A model generated the notes under the pieces. It was not told the origin of the DNA, ran no database searches, and saw only the letters and a program-made list of their open reading frames with translations. Of a stretch of 64,000 bases of DNA, positions 1-8,603 are shown piece by piece (within the stretch, counting starts at the first letter, position 1; each line of letters begins with the position of its first letter). A program made the position numbers and the translations under genes. Source of the DNA: an uncultured Actinomycetota bacterium (GTDB taxonomy: Bacteria > Actinomycetota > Actinomycetes > BP-191); contig CAVXXT010000008.1 of NCBI GenBank assembly GCA_963765815.1, positions 370,666-434,665 of the forward strand, in the 5' to 3' direction.

Positions 1-841
1 AGACCCAGTTGTAGCCGGGGCCGCGGAACAGCGAGCCGATGGTCGACAGGATCGCCGCCATGATCACGAACCAGGTGAACAGCATGATCGAGAACTTGCG
101 GTTGGCCGGTCGCATCGACGGGTTCTTGTCGAGGTACGGGAAGGCCATCAGCAGCACCAGGCCCACACCCGGGATGGTCACTCCCGCGATCATCGGGTGG
201 AAGTAGCGCAGCAGCTCCTGGAGTCCCAGGAAGTACCACGGCGCCTTCGACGGGTTGGGCGTCAGGTTGACGTTGGCCAGCTGCAGCAGCGGCGCGTCGA
301 CGAAGGTCGAGAACACCACGAGGAAGACGGTGCACGCCATCAGCGCGACCATCTCCTCGAGCAGCAGGTGTGGCCAGACGTTGACCTTGTCGTCCTGGGT
401 CCGCTCGACCCGCTGGATTCCCTCGGGCGGCACCATCGCCAGCAGCCGGTGCGTCATGCCCTCCGCCGTGCCGCGACCGCCGCCGGTGGCCACCGCCCCA
501 CCGCTCTTGGCCATCGCGGCGGCGACCCGCGCCTGCCGCTCGGCGGGTGAGAGCGCGGTCGGCCGGTCCATCGTCGCGGTCCCGACGGCCGCTGCCGCCG
601 GAGCGGCCGCTGCTGCTGCCGGAGCTGCGGCGGGAGCAGCCGCTGCCGCCGCGGGAGCGGCCTCTGCCGCCGGCTCCGCCGCCGCTGCCGCTGCCGCGGC
701 GCTCGGTGAGGGCACCCCTGCCGCCTTGCGCGCCTTCTTGACGGCCGCTGACTTGGCCTTGGCCCGGGCGACACGGTCGGAGTCGCCCGCGGCGATGGCC
801 GCGTCGTACGTCTCCTGGTCGGGAGTGATCTCCTCGGACAT
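1..841 (-). CDS. Cytochrome b C-terminal-domain / b6f subunit-IV-like membrane protein, 3' end truncated by the window edge. Carries an N-terminal Lys/Ala-rich helix plus an Ala/Pro linker.
   Basis: Absent from the ORF track because there is no stop in the window. Manual minus-strand translation from ATG 841..839 gives [39 protein letters not shown](Ala/Pro run)-...VNVWPHLLLEEMVALMACTVF...NPSKAPWYFLGLQELLRYFHP...FSIMLFTWFVIMAAILSTIG. GAGGA Shine-Dalgarno about 6 nt upstream. Lies directly downstream of the b6-like gene. Confidence 0.8.
   Translation of the reverse strand, partial: MSEEITPDQETYDAAIAAGDSDRVARAKAKSAAVKKARKAAGVPSPSAAAAAAAAEPAAEAAPAAAAAAPAAAPAAAAAAPAAAAVGTATMDRPTALSPAERQARVAAAMAKSGGAVATGGGRGTAEGMTHRLLAMVPPEGIQRVERTQDDKVNVWPHLLLEEMVALMACTVFLVVFSTFVDAPLLQLANVNLTPNPSKAPWYFLGLQELLRYFHPMIAGVTIPGVGLVLLMAFPYLDKNPSMRPANRKFSIMLFTWFVIMAAILSTIGSLFRGPGYNWV
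725..820 (-). other. Copy 1 of a shared 32-aa Lys/Ala-rich module ([32 protein letters not shown]) at the N-terminus of the subunit-IV-like protein
   Basis: 27 of 32 residues identical to the C-terminal module of the second NuoI (45340..45435). About 11 synonymous codon differences at identical residues. Confidence 0.85.
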
Positions 842-889
842 CGGGTCCTCGCTCGGGGCTGGTGGGTGCGGTCGCGGGTCGGGTGGTGG

Positions 890-1702
890 CTACAGCGGGC
901 CGGAGATGCCGCCGTCCTTGCGGATGCGCCAGAAGTGCACGGCCATGAAGATGACCGCGACGAACGGCAGCGCGAGCACATGGAGCACATACCAGCGGAG
1001 CAGGGTCGGCGGCCCGATCTCGACCCCGCCGAGGAGGACGAACCGGACCTCCTTACCGAACACCGGGGTGTAGCCCATCATCTGGGTGCCGACGGCGACG
1101 GCCCAGATGGCGAGCTGGTCCCACGGCAGCAGGTAGCCGGTGAAGGACAGCAGCAGGGTGAGCAGCAGCAGGATGACGCCGACCACCCAGTTGAACTCGC
1201 GAGGCGCCTTGTAGGCACCGTGGTAGAAGACCCGCGCCATGTGCAGGAACACGGTGAAGACCATGGCGTGCGCCGACCATCGGTGCAGGTTGCGGATCAT
1301 CTGGCCGAACGTCACACCGGAGGAGAGCGCCCGGATGTCGGCGTACGCGAGCTCCTGGCCGAAGCCGGCCGACGGCCGGTAGAAGAACATCAGGTAGATG
1401 CCGGTGACCGTGAGCAGGATGAAGAGGAAGAAGCTCAGCCCGCCGAGGCAGTAGGTGTACGTCAGCTTGAGCCCGTGCCGCTTCAGCTTCACCGGGTGCA
1501 GGTGGTAGAGCACGTTGTTCATCGTGGCGAGCGCGCGGTCGCGGGAGGTGTCGCGGTAGCCCGGGCGGTAGATCGAGCCCGGCCGGAAGATGGACTTCCA
1601 GACCTGGCCCTCGCGCGGGTCCCGGGGGGCCGCGAAGTCCTTGACCTGGGCCTGGACTTCCTTGATGCGGTCCTTCGGGCTCGGCCGGTCGGCCACGTGC
1701 AT
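890..1702 (-). CDS. Cytochrome b6-type protein (split cytochrome b, N-terminal haem-binding domain)
   Basis: 270-aa ORF. Two bis-His pairs: RNLHRWSAHAMVFTVFLH (13 residues between) and LHVLALPFVAVIFMAVH (14 between, the b6-type spacing). LLPWDQLAIWAV motif. Confidence 0.9.
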   Translation of the reverse strand: MHVADRPSPKDRIKEVQAQVKDFAAPRDPREGQVWKSIFRPGSIYRPGYRDTSRDRALATMNNVLYHLHPVKLKRHGLKLTYTYCLGGLSFFLFILLTVTGIYLMFFYRPSAGFGQELAYADIRALSSGVTFGQMIRNLHRWSAHAMVFTVFLHMARVFYHGAYKAPREFNWVVGVILLLLTLLLSFTGYLLPWDQLAIWAVAVGTQMMGYTPVFGKEVRFVLLGGVEIGPPTLLRWYVLHVLALPFVAVIFMAVHFWRIRKDGGISGPL

Positions 1703-1741
1703 CTCCTTCGACGTCTGCTGGTGCTCGTGCGCTCGGTGGTG

Positions 1742-2095
1742 CTACTTCTTCTTCTTGGGTGCTGCCTCGCCGATCTTGGAGTAGAAGAGCGCGTACGGCG
1801 GGCAGCGGTCGACGCAGATCCCGCAGCGCGTGCACTCGTTGTCGTCGATGATGAAGATCGCGCCGGCGGTCTCGGCCAGCGTCTTCATCTCCGGGTTCTC
1901 GGCGCCGGCCACGACGTCCGGGGACATCATGTAGATGCACTCCCACGGGCAGACGTCCTCGCAGGCCCGGCAGAGGATGCACAGCTCCGGGGCGAGCGCG
2001 ATGTGCCGCTTGGGCTTGACCCGCTCCTGCAGCCAGTTGGGGTCGACGGTGCCGAGGGTGTAGTCGTCGTAGATCTCGACCCGCGCGTCCGTCAT
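1742..2095 (-). CDS. 2x[4Fe-4S] dicluster ferredoxin
   Basis: Two CxxCxxCxxxCP motifs (CILCRACEDVCP, CTRCGICVDRCP). Start taken at the internal ATG 2095..2093, because the upstream part of track ORF 1742..2365 is Arg-rich and overlaps the next gene. ATGA overlap with the upstream ORF. Confidence 0.85.
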   Translation of the reverse strand: MTDARVEIYDDYTLGTVDPNWLQERVKPKRHIALAPELCILCRACEDVCPWECIYMMSPDVVAGAENPEMKTLAETAGAIFIIDDNECTRCGICVDRCPPYALFYSKIGEAAPKKKK

Positions 2096-2403
2096 CGATA
2101 TCCGCCCGGGTCGCGCTTGCCCTCGTCTGCGTCGGCGTTGACCGGGTTCAACCGCTGGTAGAGCGAGAACAGCAGGAACGTCACGTTCACGATCGCGCCG
2201 TGGTAGCCGATGATTCCGACGTCGCGGATGCGCGGGGCGATGTCCGGGTTGTCCTCGAGGATCGACCACTCGTCGGTCCAGGCGATCAGCGCCGACGGGA
2301 TCGCGCCGTAGAAGATCAGGAACGCGATCGTCATCAGCAGTGAGGCGACGGTCACCCGTAGCCAAACGGAGTCAGTGAGACGGGGCGGGGCCTGTCCCTG
2401 CAT
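2092..2403 (-). CDS. Small (103 aa) two-TM membrane protein, first gene of the ferredoxin/b6 operon
   Basis: C-terminal part of track ORF 2092..3225: MQGQAPPRLTDSVWLRVTVASLLMTIAFLIFYG...GIIGYHGAIVNVTFLLFSLYQRL. Its stop overlaps the ferredoxin start. No recognisable family. Confidence 0.55.
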   Translation of the reverse strand: MQGQAPPRLTDSVWLRVTVASLLMTIAFLIFYGAIPSALIAWTDEWSILEDNPDIAPRIRDVGIIGYHGAIVNVTFLLFSLYQRLNPVNADADEGKRDPGGYR

Positions 2404-2586
2404 GACACCGCTCCTCGTCGATGCGGCACGGCATGCCGTGCGTGCTGTACGTCGCGGGCAGGGGCTCCTGCTCGCTGCGATACTACGGGTGTGGGGATTA
2501 CCCCGCGAATCCAACCAGCCCCGCGCGTCGCACGTCGGACGCGCCACTCGACGACGCCGATCCGTGGCGAAGAAGGACCTCTCGGG

Positions 2587-3174
2587 ATGCGGGTCGCCGA
2601 CCGTCGACTGGTCCGCCGGACGGCTGTCGCGGTGGCCTTCCTCGTCGCCACGTCGGCCGGCTGCGAGGGGTCGCGTCGCGAGGTCGACTCGCCGGTGGGC
2701 GGCAGCGGTTTCCGGGTCGGCGACGGCACCGCGACGCTCGTCGCGGCGGAGGACCGGCGCCCGGCGCCGACCTTGCGCGGGACCACCCTCGACGGCGACT
2801 CCCTCGACGTCGCGTCGCTGCGCGGCTCCGTCGTCGTCCTGAACGTGTGGGGGTCGTGGTGCGCCCCGTGCAAGAAGGAGCAGCCGGAGCTGCAGCGGGC
2901 GGCGACCGACCTGGCCGGCGAGGGCGTCAGGTTCGTCGGCATCAACGTGCGCGATCGGACCAAGGGCAATGCCCTCGCGCACAACCGCAGGTACGACGTC
3001 ACCTACCCGAGCCTTTTCGACCCGAGCGCGCGGTTGGTCGCGCGATTCGAGGACCTGCCGCCCAGCGCGATCCCGACGACGGTCGTCATCGACCGTGACG
3101 GCCGGGTGGCCGCGCGGGTGCTGGGGGCGACGTCGTACGACGAGCTGGTCGGCCTGGTCCGGCGCATCGCATGA
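2587..3174 (+). CDS. resA: Thiol-disulfide oxidoreductase ResA/TlpA-like lipoprotein (cytochrome c maturation)
   Basis: WCAPC thioredoxin motif. Signal peptide with lipobox-like SAGC. Start at ATG 2587 (MRVADRRLVRR...). Confidence 0.85.
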   Translation: MRVADRRLVRRTAVAVAFLVATSAGCEGSRREVDSPVGGSGFRVGDGTATLVAAEDRRPAPTLRGTTLDGDSLDVASLRGSVVVLNVWGSWCAPCKKEQPELQRAATDLAGEGVRFVGINVRDRTKGNALAHNRRYDVTYPSLFDPSARLVARFEDLPPSAIPTTVVIDRDGRVAARVLGATSYDELVGLVRRIA

Positions 3175-3190
3175 GCCGTATCTCGTGAGC

Positions 3191-4009
3191 ATGGAGGTCC
3201 TGGCCGGCGTGGGCCAGACGTTCAAGGAGACGGTGCTCGACGGCCCGTTGCTGCTGGCGATGCCGGTGGCGGCGATCGCCGGGCTCGTGTCGTTCCTGTC
3301 GCCGTGCGTCCTGCCGCTGGTGCCCGGCTACCTCTCCTACATCACCGGCCTGTCCGCGGCAGACCTCGAGGCGGCCGGTCTCGACCCGTCGGGCGACGGC
3401 GACGCCGACGACCGGGTGGCGACCAAGGGGCGAGTGCTCCTCGGCAGCAGCCTCTTCGTCCTGGGGTTCTCCGTCGTGTTCGTCAGCTACGGCACGCTGT
3501 TCGGCGCAGCCGGGCGCGCGCTGCACGAGTACGAAGAGACGCTGATCCGGGTCTTCGGTGTGGTGACGATCCTCCTCGGCCTCGTCTTCGCCGGCGTGTT
3601 CACCAAGCTGTCGTTCCTCGAGCGCGACGTGCGCATCCACCGTCTGCCGTCGGCCGGCATCGCCGGCGCGCCGCTGCTCGGCGTGGTGTTCGGCCTCGGC
3701 TGGGCGCCGTGCATCGGGCCGACGCTGGGCGCGGTTCTCACTCTGGCCCTGAGCTCCGACGGCGCCGTGCGCGGTGCCCTGCTCTCATTCGTCTACTGCC
3801 TCGGGCTCGGCGTGCCCTTCGTCGTGACCGGCCTCGCCTTCCGACGGTCGATGTCGGCGTTCGCGGTCGTCAAGCGCAACTACCGCACGGTCATGCGGGT
3901 CGGCGGCGCGTTCCTCGTCGTCATCGGCGTCCTCCAGGTCACCGGGGCCTACAGCCACATCGTCACCGAGCTGCAGACCTGGTACGGCGGCTTCGCCACT
4001 GCGGTATGA
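3191..4009 (+). CDS. ccdA: Cytochrome c biogenesis thiol-reductant transporter CcdA (DsbD family)
   Basis: MEVLAGVGQTF...FLSPCVLPLVPGYLSY...GWAPCIGPTLG (two conserved Cys motifs). Polytopic. Confidence 0.9.
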   Translation: MEVLAGVGQTFKETVLDGPLLLAMPVAAIAGLVSFLSPCVLPLVPGYLSYITGLSAADLEAAGLDPSGDGDADDRVATKGRVLLGSSLFVLGFSVVFVSYGTLFGAAGRALHEYEETLIRVFGVVTILLGLVFAGVFTKLSFLERDVRIHRLPSAGIAGAPLLGVVFGLGWAPCIGPTLGAVLTLALSSDGAVRGALLSFVYCLGLGVPFVVTGLAFRRSMSAFAVVKRNYRTVMRVGGAFLVVIGVLQVTGAYSHIVTELQTWYGGFATAV

Positions 4010-5541
4010 GCGCTCGCACCTCGGCGTGGGTCAGCCTCCGGCAGAGCTGGCGCAGCCTGACCTCGATGCGCACGGCGCTCGTGCTGCTGTTCCTCCTCGC
4101 GCTGGGTGCGGTGCCAGGGTCGCTGCTGCCGCAGGAGCCGCTCGACCCGTTCGCGGTCGAGCGCTACCGCGACGCGCACCGGGTCGCCGGCCGCGTGTAC
4201 GGCGCTCTCGGGCTGTTCGACACCTTCGCCGCCCCGTGGTTCGTCGGCCTCTACGTCCTCATCTGCGTCTCGTTGGTCGGCTGCCTGACGCCGCGCATCC
4301 GGGTGCACGCGAAGGCGCTGCGCGGTCGCCCGCCGGCGCCCCCGCGGGACCTCGGCCGGCTGCCGCGCTCGGCCGAGCTGGTCACGACGGCCGCACCGGA
4401 GGATGCGCTCAAGGCGGTCGCCGCGCGACTTCGCGGCCGGCGCTGGCGCGTCGAGCGCCGCGAGCACGCCGACGGGAGCACCTCGGTCGCCGCGGAGAAG
4501 GGCTACGTCCGCGAGACCGGCAACCTGGTGTTCCACCTGTGTGTGCTCGCGATCATCGGCGGCGTCGCGGTCGGCTCGCTGCTCGGCTACGAGGGCCGCG
4601 CGATCGTCGTGGAGGGCACCGGCTTCACCAACACGGCGGTCGCCTACGACGAGCTCGTGCCCGGCCGGCTCACCGGTCCCGAGGACCTGCCCGCGTTCAC
4701 CCTCACCCTGGACGACTTCGACGCGGACTACCTCGACAACGGCCAGCCGACCGAGTTCGAGGCGTCGGTGCGATACGCCGACGGTCTGGGCGAGCCGACC
4801 CGGAGGGCCCGGCTGCGCGTCAACCACCCGCTCTCGGTCGCGGGCTCGCGCGTCTACCTGCTCGCCCACGGCTACGCCCCGCACATCGTGGTGAGAGACG
4901 TCAGAGGGGCAGTCATCTACGACGAGGTCTCGCCGTTCCTGCCGCGGGACGGCAGCTTCCTGTCGACCGGCGTCATCAAGGTGCCCGACGTCGGCGCCGG
5001 GCTGCCGCAGATCGGCGTACGCGCCGCGTTCCTCCCGACCGTGGACGTCGCCAGGGACGGGCGGCTCTACTCGCGCTTCCCGGACGCGCAGGCGCCGGCG
5101 CTGTCCTACGAGGCCTTCGCGGGCGACCTCGGGCTCGACGCGGGTGTCCCGCAGAACGTCTACGAGCTCGACACCAGCGGGCTGGTCCGCACCGGCGGCG
5201 GCTTCCTCCTGCCGGGGGAGACGAGCGGACCGCTCGCGGGCGGCGCGACCATGACGTTCGTCGGATTCCGGGAGTGGGCGAACATCCAGGTGGCTCGTGA
5301 CCCTGGACAGCGCGTCGTCCTCCTCGCGGCCGTGCTGGCGCTGACCGGGCTGGTGACCAGCCTGCGGGTTCGCCGTCGCCGGTTCTGGGTGCGCGCGCGG
5401 GCCGTCGGCGGAGGTACCGTGCTGGCGGTCGGCGGGCTGCCGCGACGTGACGCGCCGGCCTTCTCGGCGGAGTTCGACTCGCTCGTCGCCGACCTGACCG
5501 CAGCGCTCCCGGCGCCGCCGGATCCGAAGGGAACGCCGTGA
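4006..5541 (+). CDS. resB: Cytochrome c biogenesis protein ResB/Ccs1 (System II)
   Basis: ATGA overlap with the ccdA stop. N-terminus WRSLTSMRTALVLLFLLALGAVPGSLLPQ is typical of ResB. Large extracytoplasmic domain and a C-terminal TM. Confidence 0.9.
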   Translation: MSARTSAWVSLRQSWRSLTSMRTALVLLFLLALGAVPGSLLPQEPLDPFAVERYRDAHRVAGRVYGALGLFDTFAAPWFVGLYVLICVSLVGCLTPRIRVHAKALRGRPPAPPRDLGRLPRSAELVTTAAPEDALKAVAARLRGRRWRVERREHADGSTSVAAEKGYVRETGNLVFHLCVLAIIGGVAVGSLLGYEGRAIVVEGTGFTNTAVAYDELVPGRLTGPEDLPAFTLTLDDFDADYLDNGQPTEFEASVRYADGLGEPTRRARLRVNHPLSVAGSRVYLLAHGYAPHIVVRDVRGAVIYDEVSPFLPRDGSFLSTGVIKVPDVGAGLPQIGVRAAFLPTVDVARDGRLYSRFPDAQAPALSYEAFAGDLGLDAGVPQNVYELDTSGLVRTGGGFLLPGETSGPLAGGATMTFVGFREWANIQVARDPGQRVVLLAAVLALTGLVTSLRVRRRRFWVRARAVGGGTVLAVGGLPRRDAPAFSAEFDSLVADLTAALPAPPDPKGTP

Positions 5542-6512
5542 GCCAGCCCGGACTCGCCGGCCCGAGCGACACGCTGCTCGTCGCCGCCGTCGTGTCCTAC
5601 ACGGTCGCGATGGTCGGCTACGCCGCCGAGCTCGCGTTCGGCTCCCGCGACGCGGGCCTGCCCCCGATCGCGGGCGGCTCGACCGACGTGCTGCCCGAGC
5701 GCTTCGCCGGCCTGGGCGGCACGCGCACGACCGGGACCGGCTGGCCGGTGCGGCTCGGCCGGGCCGCGGTGGCCGTCACCGTCCTCGGCTGGGCTGTCCA
5801 CCTGCTGTCAGTGATCCTCCGCGGACTCGCGGTCGGGCGGGTGCCCTGGGGCAACATGTACGAGTTCTCCTCGGTGGTCTGCCTCGCGGCGGTGACCGGG
5901 TTCCTCGTCCTGATGTCACGCCAGCCGGTGCGCTACCTCGGAGCGGCCGTGATGCTCCCGGTCGTCATCTACCTCGGGCTCGGCACCACCGTCCTCTACG
6001 CCCCGGCTGCCCCTCTGGTGCCGGCGCTGAACTCCTACTGGCTGAAGATCCACGTCGCTGCGGCGGCGACCGCGAGCGGGACCTTCATGGTGGCCTTCGC
6101 GACCACCGTCCTCTACCTGGTGCAGGACGTCCGCGAACGACGTGCGAGCCCGACGCCGGAGGGCACCGCCGGCGCACCGGTCGCCCGCTTCCGCCTGCCG
6201 TCGGCGGCTTCCCTCGACGCGATTGCCTACCGCGTGACGGCGTTCGCGTTCCCCATCTGGACCTTCGCGGTCATCGCCGGCGCGATATGGGCCGAGGCGG
6301 CGTGGGGCCGCTACTGGGGCTGGGACCCGAAGGAGACCTGGGCGTTCATCACCTGGGTCCTGTACGCCGGCTACCTGCACGCCCGGCCGCTGCCGCGCTG
6401 GCAGGGCCGCCGGGCCGCCGTCGTCGGCGTGGTCGCCTTCGTCGCGCTGATGTTCTGCTACTTCGGCGTCAACCTCTGGATCTCGGGGCTGCACTCGTAC
6501 GCCGGCGTCTGA
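5538..6512 (+). CDS. ccsB: Cytochrome c-type biogenesis protein CcsB/ResC (haem-handling, WWD family)
   Basis: GTGA overlap with resB. W-rich motif WGRYWGWDPKETWAFITW. Polytopic. Confidence 0.92.
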   Translation: MSQPGLAGPSDTLLVAAVVSYTVAMVGYAAELAFGSRDAGLPPIAGGSTDVLPERFAGLGGTRTTGTGWPVRLGRAAVAVTVLGWAVHLLSVILRGLAVGRVPWGNMYEFSSVVCLAAVTGFLVLMSRQPVRYLGAAVMLPVVIYLGLGTTVLYAPAAPLVPALNSYWLKIHVAAAATASGTFMVAFATTVLYLVQDVRERRASPTPEGTAGAPVARFRLPSAASLDAIAYRVTAFAFPIWTFAVIAGAIWAEAAWGRYWGWDPKETWAFITWVLYAGYLHARPLPRWQGRRAAVVGVVAFVALMFCYFGVNLWISGLHSYAGV

Positions 6513-6606
6513 CGCGCGCGACCGCCTGGCCGAGGGCGCGCCGATTTCGCGCGGTCCCGGGTCGGATCTATACGATCGGCGCCGTCGGATCGGGTCGAGT
6601 GCGGAG

Positions 6607-8067
6607 GTGGGAGTGGCGCTGGCCACGTCGTCGTCCGCCACGGCTGCTCATGAGGCGGACAGCTCCGCCGACGCGCGCAGCTGGTCCACCCCGTCGGGTG
6701 CGGCGCTCACCTGGGTCACCGTGGGAGCGACGTTCCTGCTCCTCGGCGCACTGCTGCTCGTCCTGACCGCCATCCAGCAGGTGTCGCCCGGCTTCGCGAC
6801 GCTCGGCTCCGCCACGTCGTTCGGACGGCTGCGACCCGTCGCGACGACTCTGGTCACCTACGGCGGGCTCGGGATGATCGGCACCGGGGTCGCGCTCGAC
6901 CTCGCCCGCCGGCTCGGCCGGACGCCGCCGCGGCTCGACCTCGTGGCACGGGCCGGCGGCGCGCTGACGACGCTGTCCGTCGCCGGCGGGTCGATCGCGA
7001 TCCTGCTCGGCCACACGACCGGGCGACCGGGCCTCGAGCTGCCGCGGCCGTTCTCCGTGCCGCTCGCCGTCGGCCTGCTGCTGGCCGCCGCTGCCTACTT
7101 CCGCACGCTCGCGACCCGCGACGCCGACGAGCTGCATCCCGCGCTCTGGCACGTCAGCTCCGCCCTCGTCGCGGGGCCGCTGCTCCTCCTGATCGGGACC
7201 GTCCCGCGGGTCGCCGGCGTCAACGACGAGACCGTCCGGGTGTTCGCCACCAACGGCCTGCTGCTGCTCTGGCTGGTCTCGCTGGGCATCGGCATCGCGA
7301 CGTACGTCGTGCCGCAGGCCTGCCGGTCCGCGCTCTACAGCCGTCGGCTCGCCGCCGTCGGGTTCTGGGGCTGGATCGCTCTCGCGCCATTCGCCGGACC
7401 GGCCCGGCTGGTGTCCGGCCCGGCGCAGGAGTGGCTCGAGACGATCGGCATCACCGCGACGATCGCCCTCGCCGTCCCGGCGCTGGCCGTCTGCGTGAAC
7501 CTGGTCAAGACCTACACCCGCCGCAGCAGCCTCGCCCACCCGGCCGAGCTGCGCTTCGGCCTGCTGTGCGCGAGCCTGCTCGCCGGGGCCACGTCGCTCG
7601 GCGCCCTGACCGCGGGCCGCAACGCCGGCGACGTGCTGCACCTGACCGTCGCGGCCGACGGCGCTGCCGAGCTGATTGTCCTCGGCGTCGCGGGCGCGGG
7701 CATCGTGGCCGGCCTCTTCCACGTCCTCCCCGCTCTGGCCGGACGGCGGCAGGCCAACCCGGCGATCGCCGGGCGCGCGGCCTGGTGGCTCGGCGCGGGG
7801 ATCCTGACCGTCGCGCTCTCGCTGCTGGCCGCGGGCCTGATCGAGGGCGCGCTGTGGACCTACAGCGTGCGCGAGGGCGGCGACGCCTTCCTCGGGTCCG
7901 GGTGGCGAACGGTCGCCGACAGCATCCGGCCGCTCTTGTGGGCGCGCGTCGTAGGTGAGGTGCTGGTCGCGATCGCCGCGACCATCGTCTTCCAGCAGGT
8001 CCTGTCGACGTCGGCGTTCGGTGAGCCGATCGACGCGGACGACACCGGGACTTCGGGGAAGGCGTGA
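6607..8067 (+). CDS. CcoN-like (cbb3 oxidase subunit I-like) polytopic membrane protein that appears to lack the canonical His metal ligands
   Basis: 486 aa with about 12 or more hydrophobic helices. Collinear CcoN-type motifs: SFGRLRP, Y-VVP-x6-LYS-x2-LA-x3-FW, AGP. Only 7 His, with no HH and no HxH. Its stop overlaps the start of the CcoO-like gene. Confidence 0.7.
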   Translation: MGVALATSSSATAAHEADSSADARSWSTPSGAALTWVTVGATFLLLGALLLVLTAIQQVSPGFATLGSATSFGRLRPVATTLVTYGGLGMIGTGVALDLARRLGRTPPRLDLVARAGGALTTLSVAGGSIAILLGHTTGRPGLELPRPFSVPLAVGLLLAAAAYFRTLATRDADELHPALWHVSSALVAGPLLLLIGTVPRVAGVNDETVRVFATNGLLLLWLVSLGIGIATYVVPQACRSALYSRRLAAVGFWGWIALAPFAGPARLVSGPAQEWLETIGITATIALAVPALAVCVNLVKTYTRRSSLAHPAELRFGLLCASLLAGATSLGALTAGRNAGDVLHLTVAADGAAELIVLGVAGAGIVAGLFHVLPALAGRRQANPAIAGRAAWWLGAGILTVALSLLAAGLIEGALWTYSVREGGDAFLGSGWRTVADSIRPLLWARVVGEVLVAIAATIVFQQVLSTSAFGEPIDADDTGTSGKA

Positions 8068-8603
8068 TGAGAAGGCTCACCCTCATGCCGGTGCTGCTCG
8101 GCTCGGCCGTGCTGCTCGGCGCCGGCTTCGCGACGACCGTGGCGCTGCCGGCCGCGGACGAGGTGACGACGACGAAGACCTCGTCGACCCGGGCCTACAC
8201 CAACGGTGAGGCGTGGGGGCGCGACGTCTACGTCAACCAGGGCTGCGTCTACTGCCACAGCCAGCAGGTGCGTGACACCTACACCGACGCCGGTCTCGCC
8301 GATCGGCCGACCCGTCCGGGCGACACGCTGACCGACCGCCCCGGGAGCATGGGAGAGGTCCGCTACGGACCCGACCTGCGCTGCGTGGGTGACCGGGTCC
8401 CCGGCGCCGGCGACGGCACCGACAGGGAGGAGCTGGTCGAGGCCATGGTCGCCTACCTCCGACACCCCGACGAGGCGCACGCGGACAGCGGCATGCCGTC
8501 GTACCAGCACCTGTCGAAGAAGGACCTCGGCCGACTCGCGCAGTACCTCGTCGGGCTCCGCTGCGGTGACGAGGCCGCGGCCGATGCGCAGGTCGCGGAG
8601 TGA
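8064..8603 (+). CDS. CcoO/FixO-like membrane-anchored monohaem cytochrome c
   Basis: N-terminal TM. GRDVYVNQGCVYCHSQQVR (CxxCH at 8244..8258), YGPDL, SGMPSY. All are collinear with cbb3 subunit II hallmarks. Confidence 0.85.
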   Translation: MMRRLTLMPVLLGSAVLLGAGFATTVALPAADEVTTTKTSSTRAYTNGEAWGRDVYVNQGCVYCHSQQVRDTYTDAGLADRPTRPGDTLTDRPGSMGEVRYGPDLRCVGDRVPGAGDGTDREELVEAMVAYLRHPDEAHADSGMPSYQHLSKKDLGRLAQYLVGLRCGDEAAADAQVAE

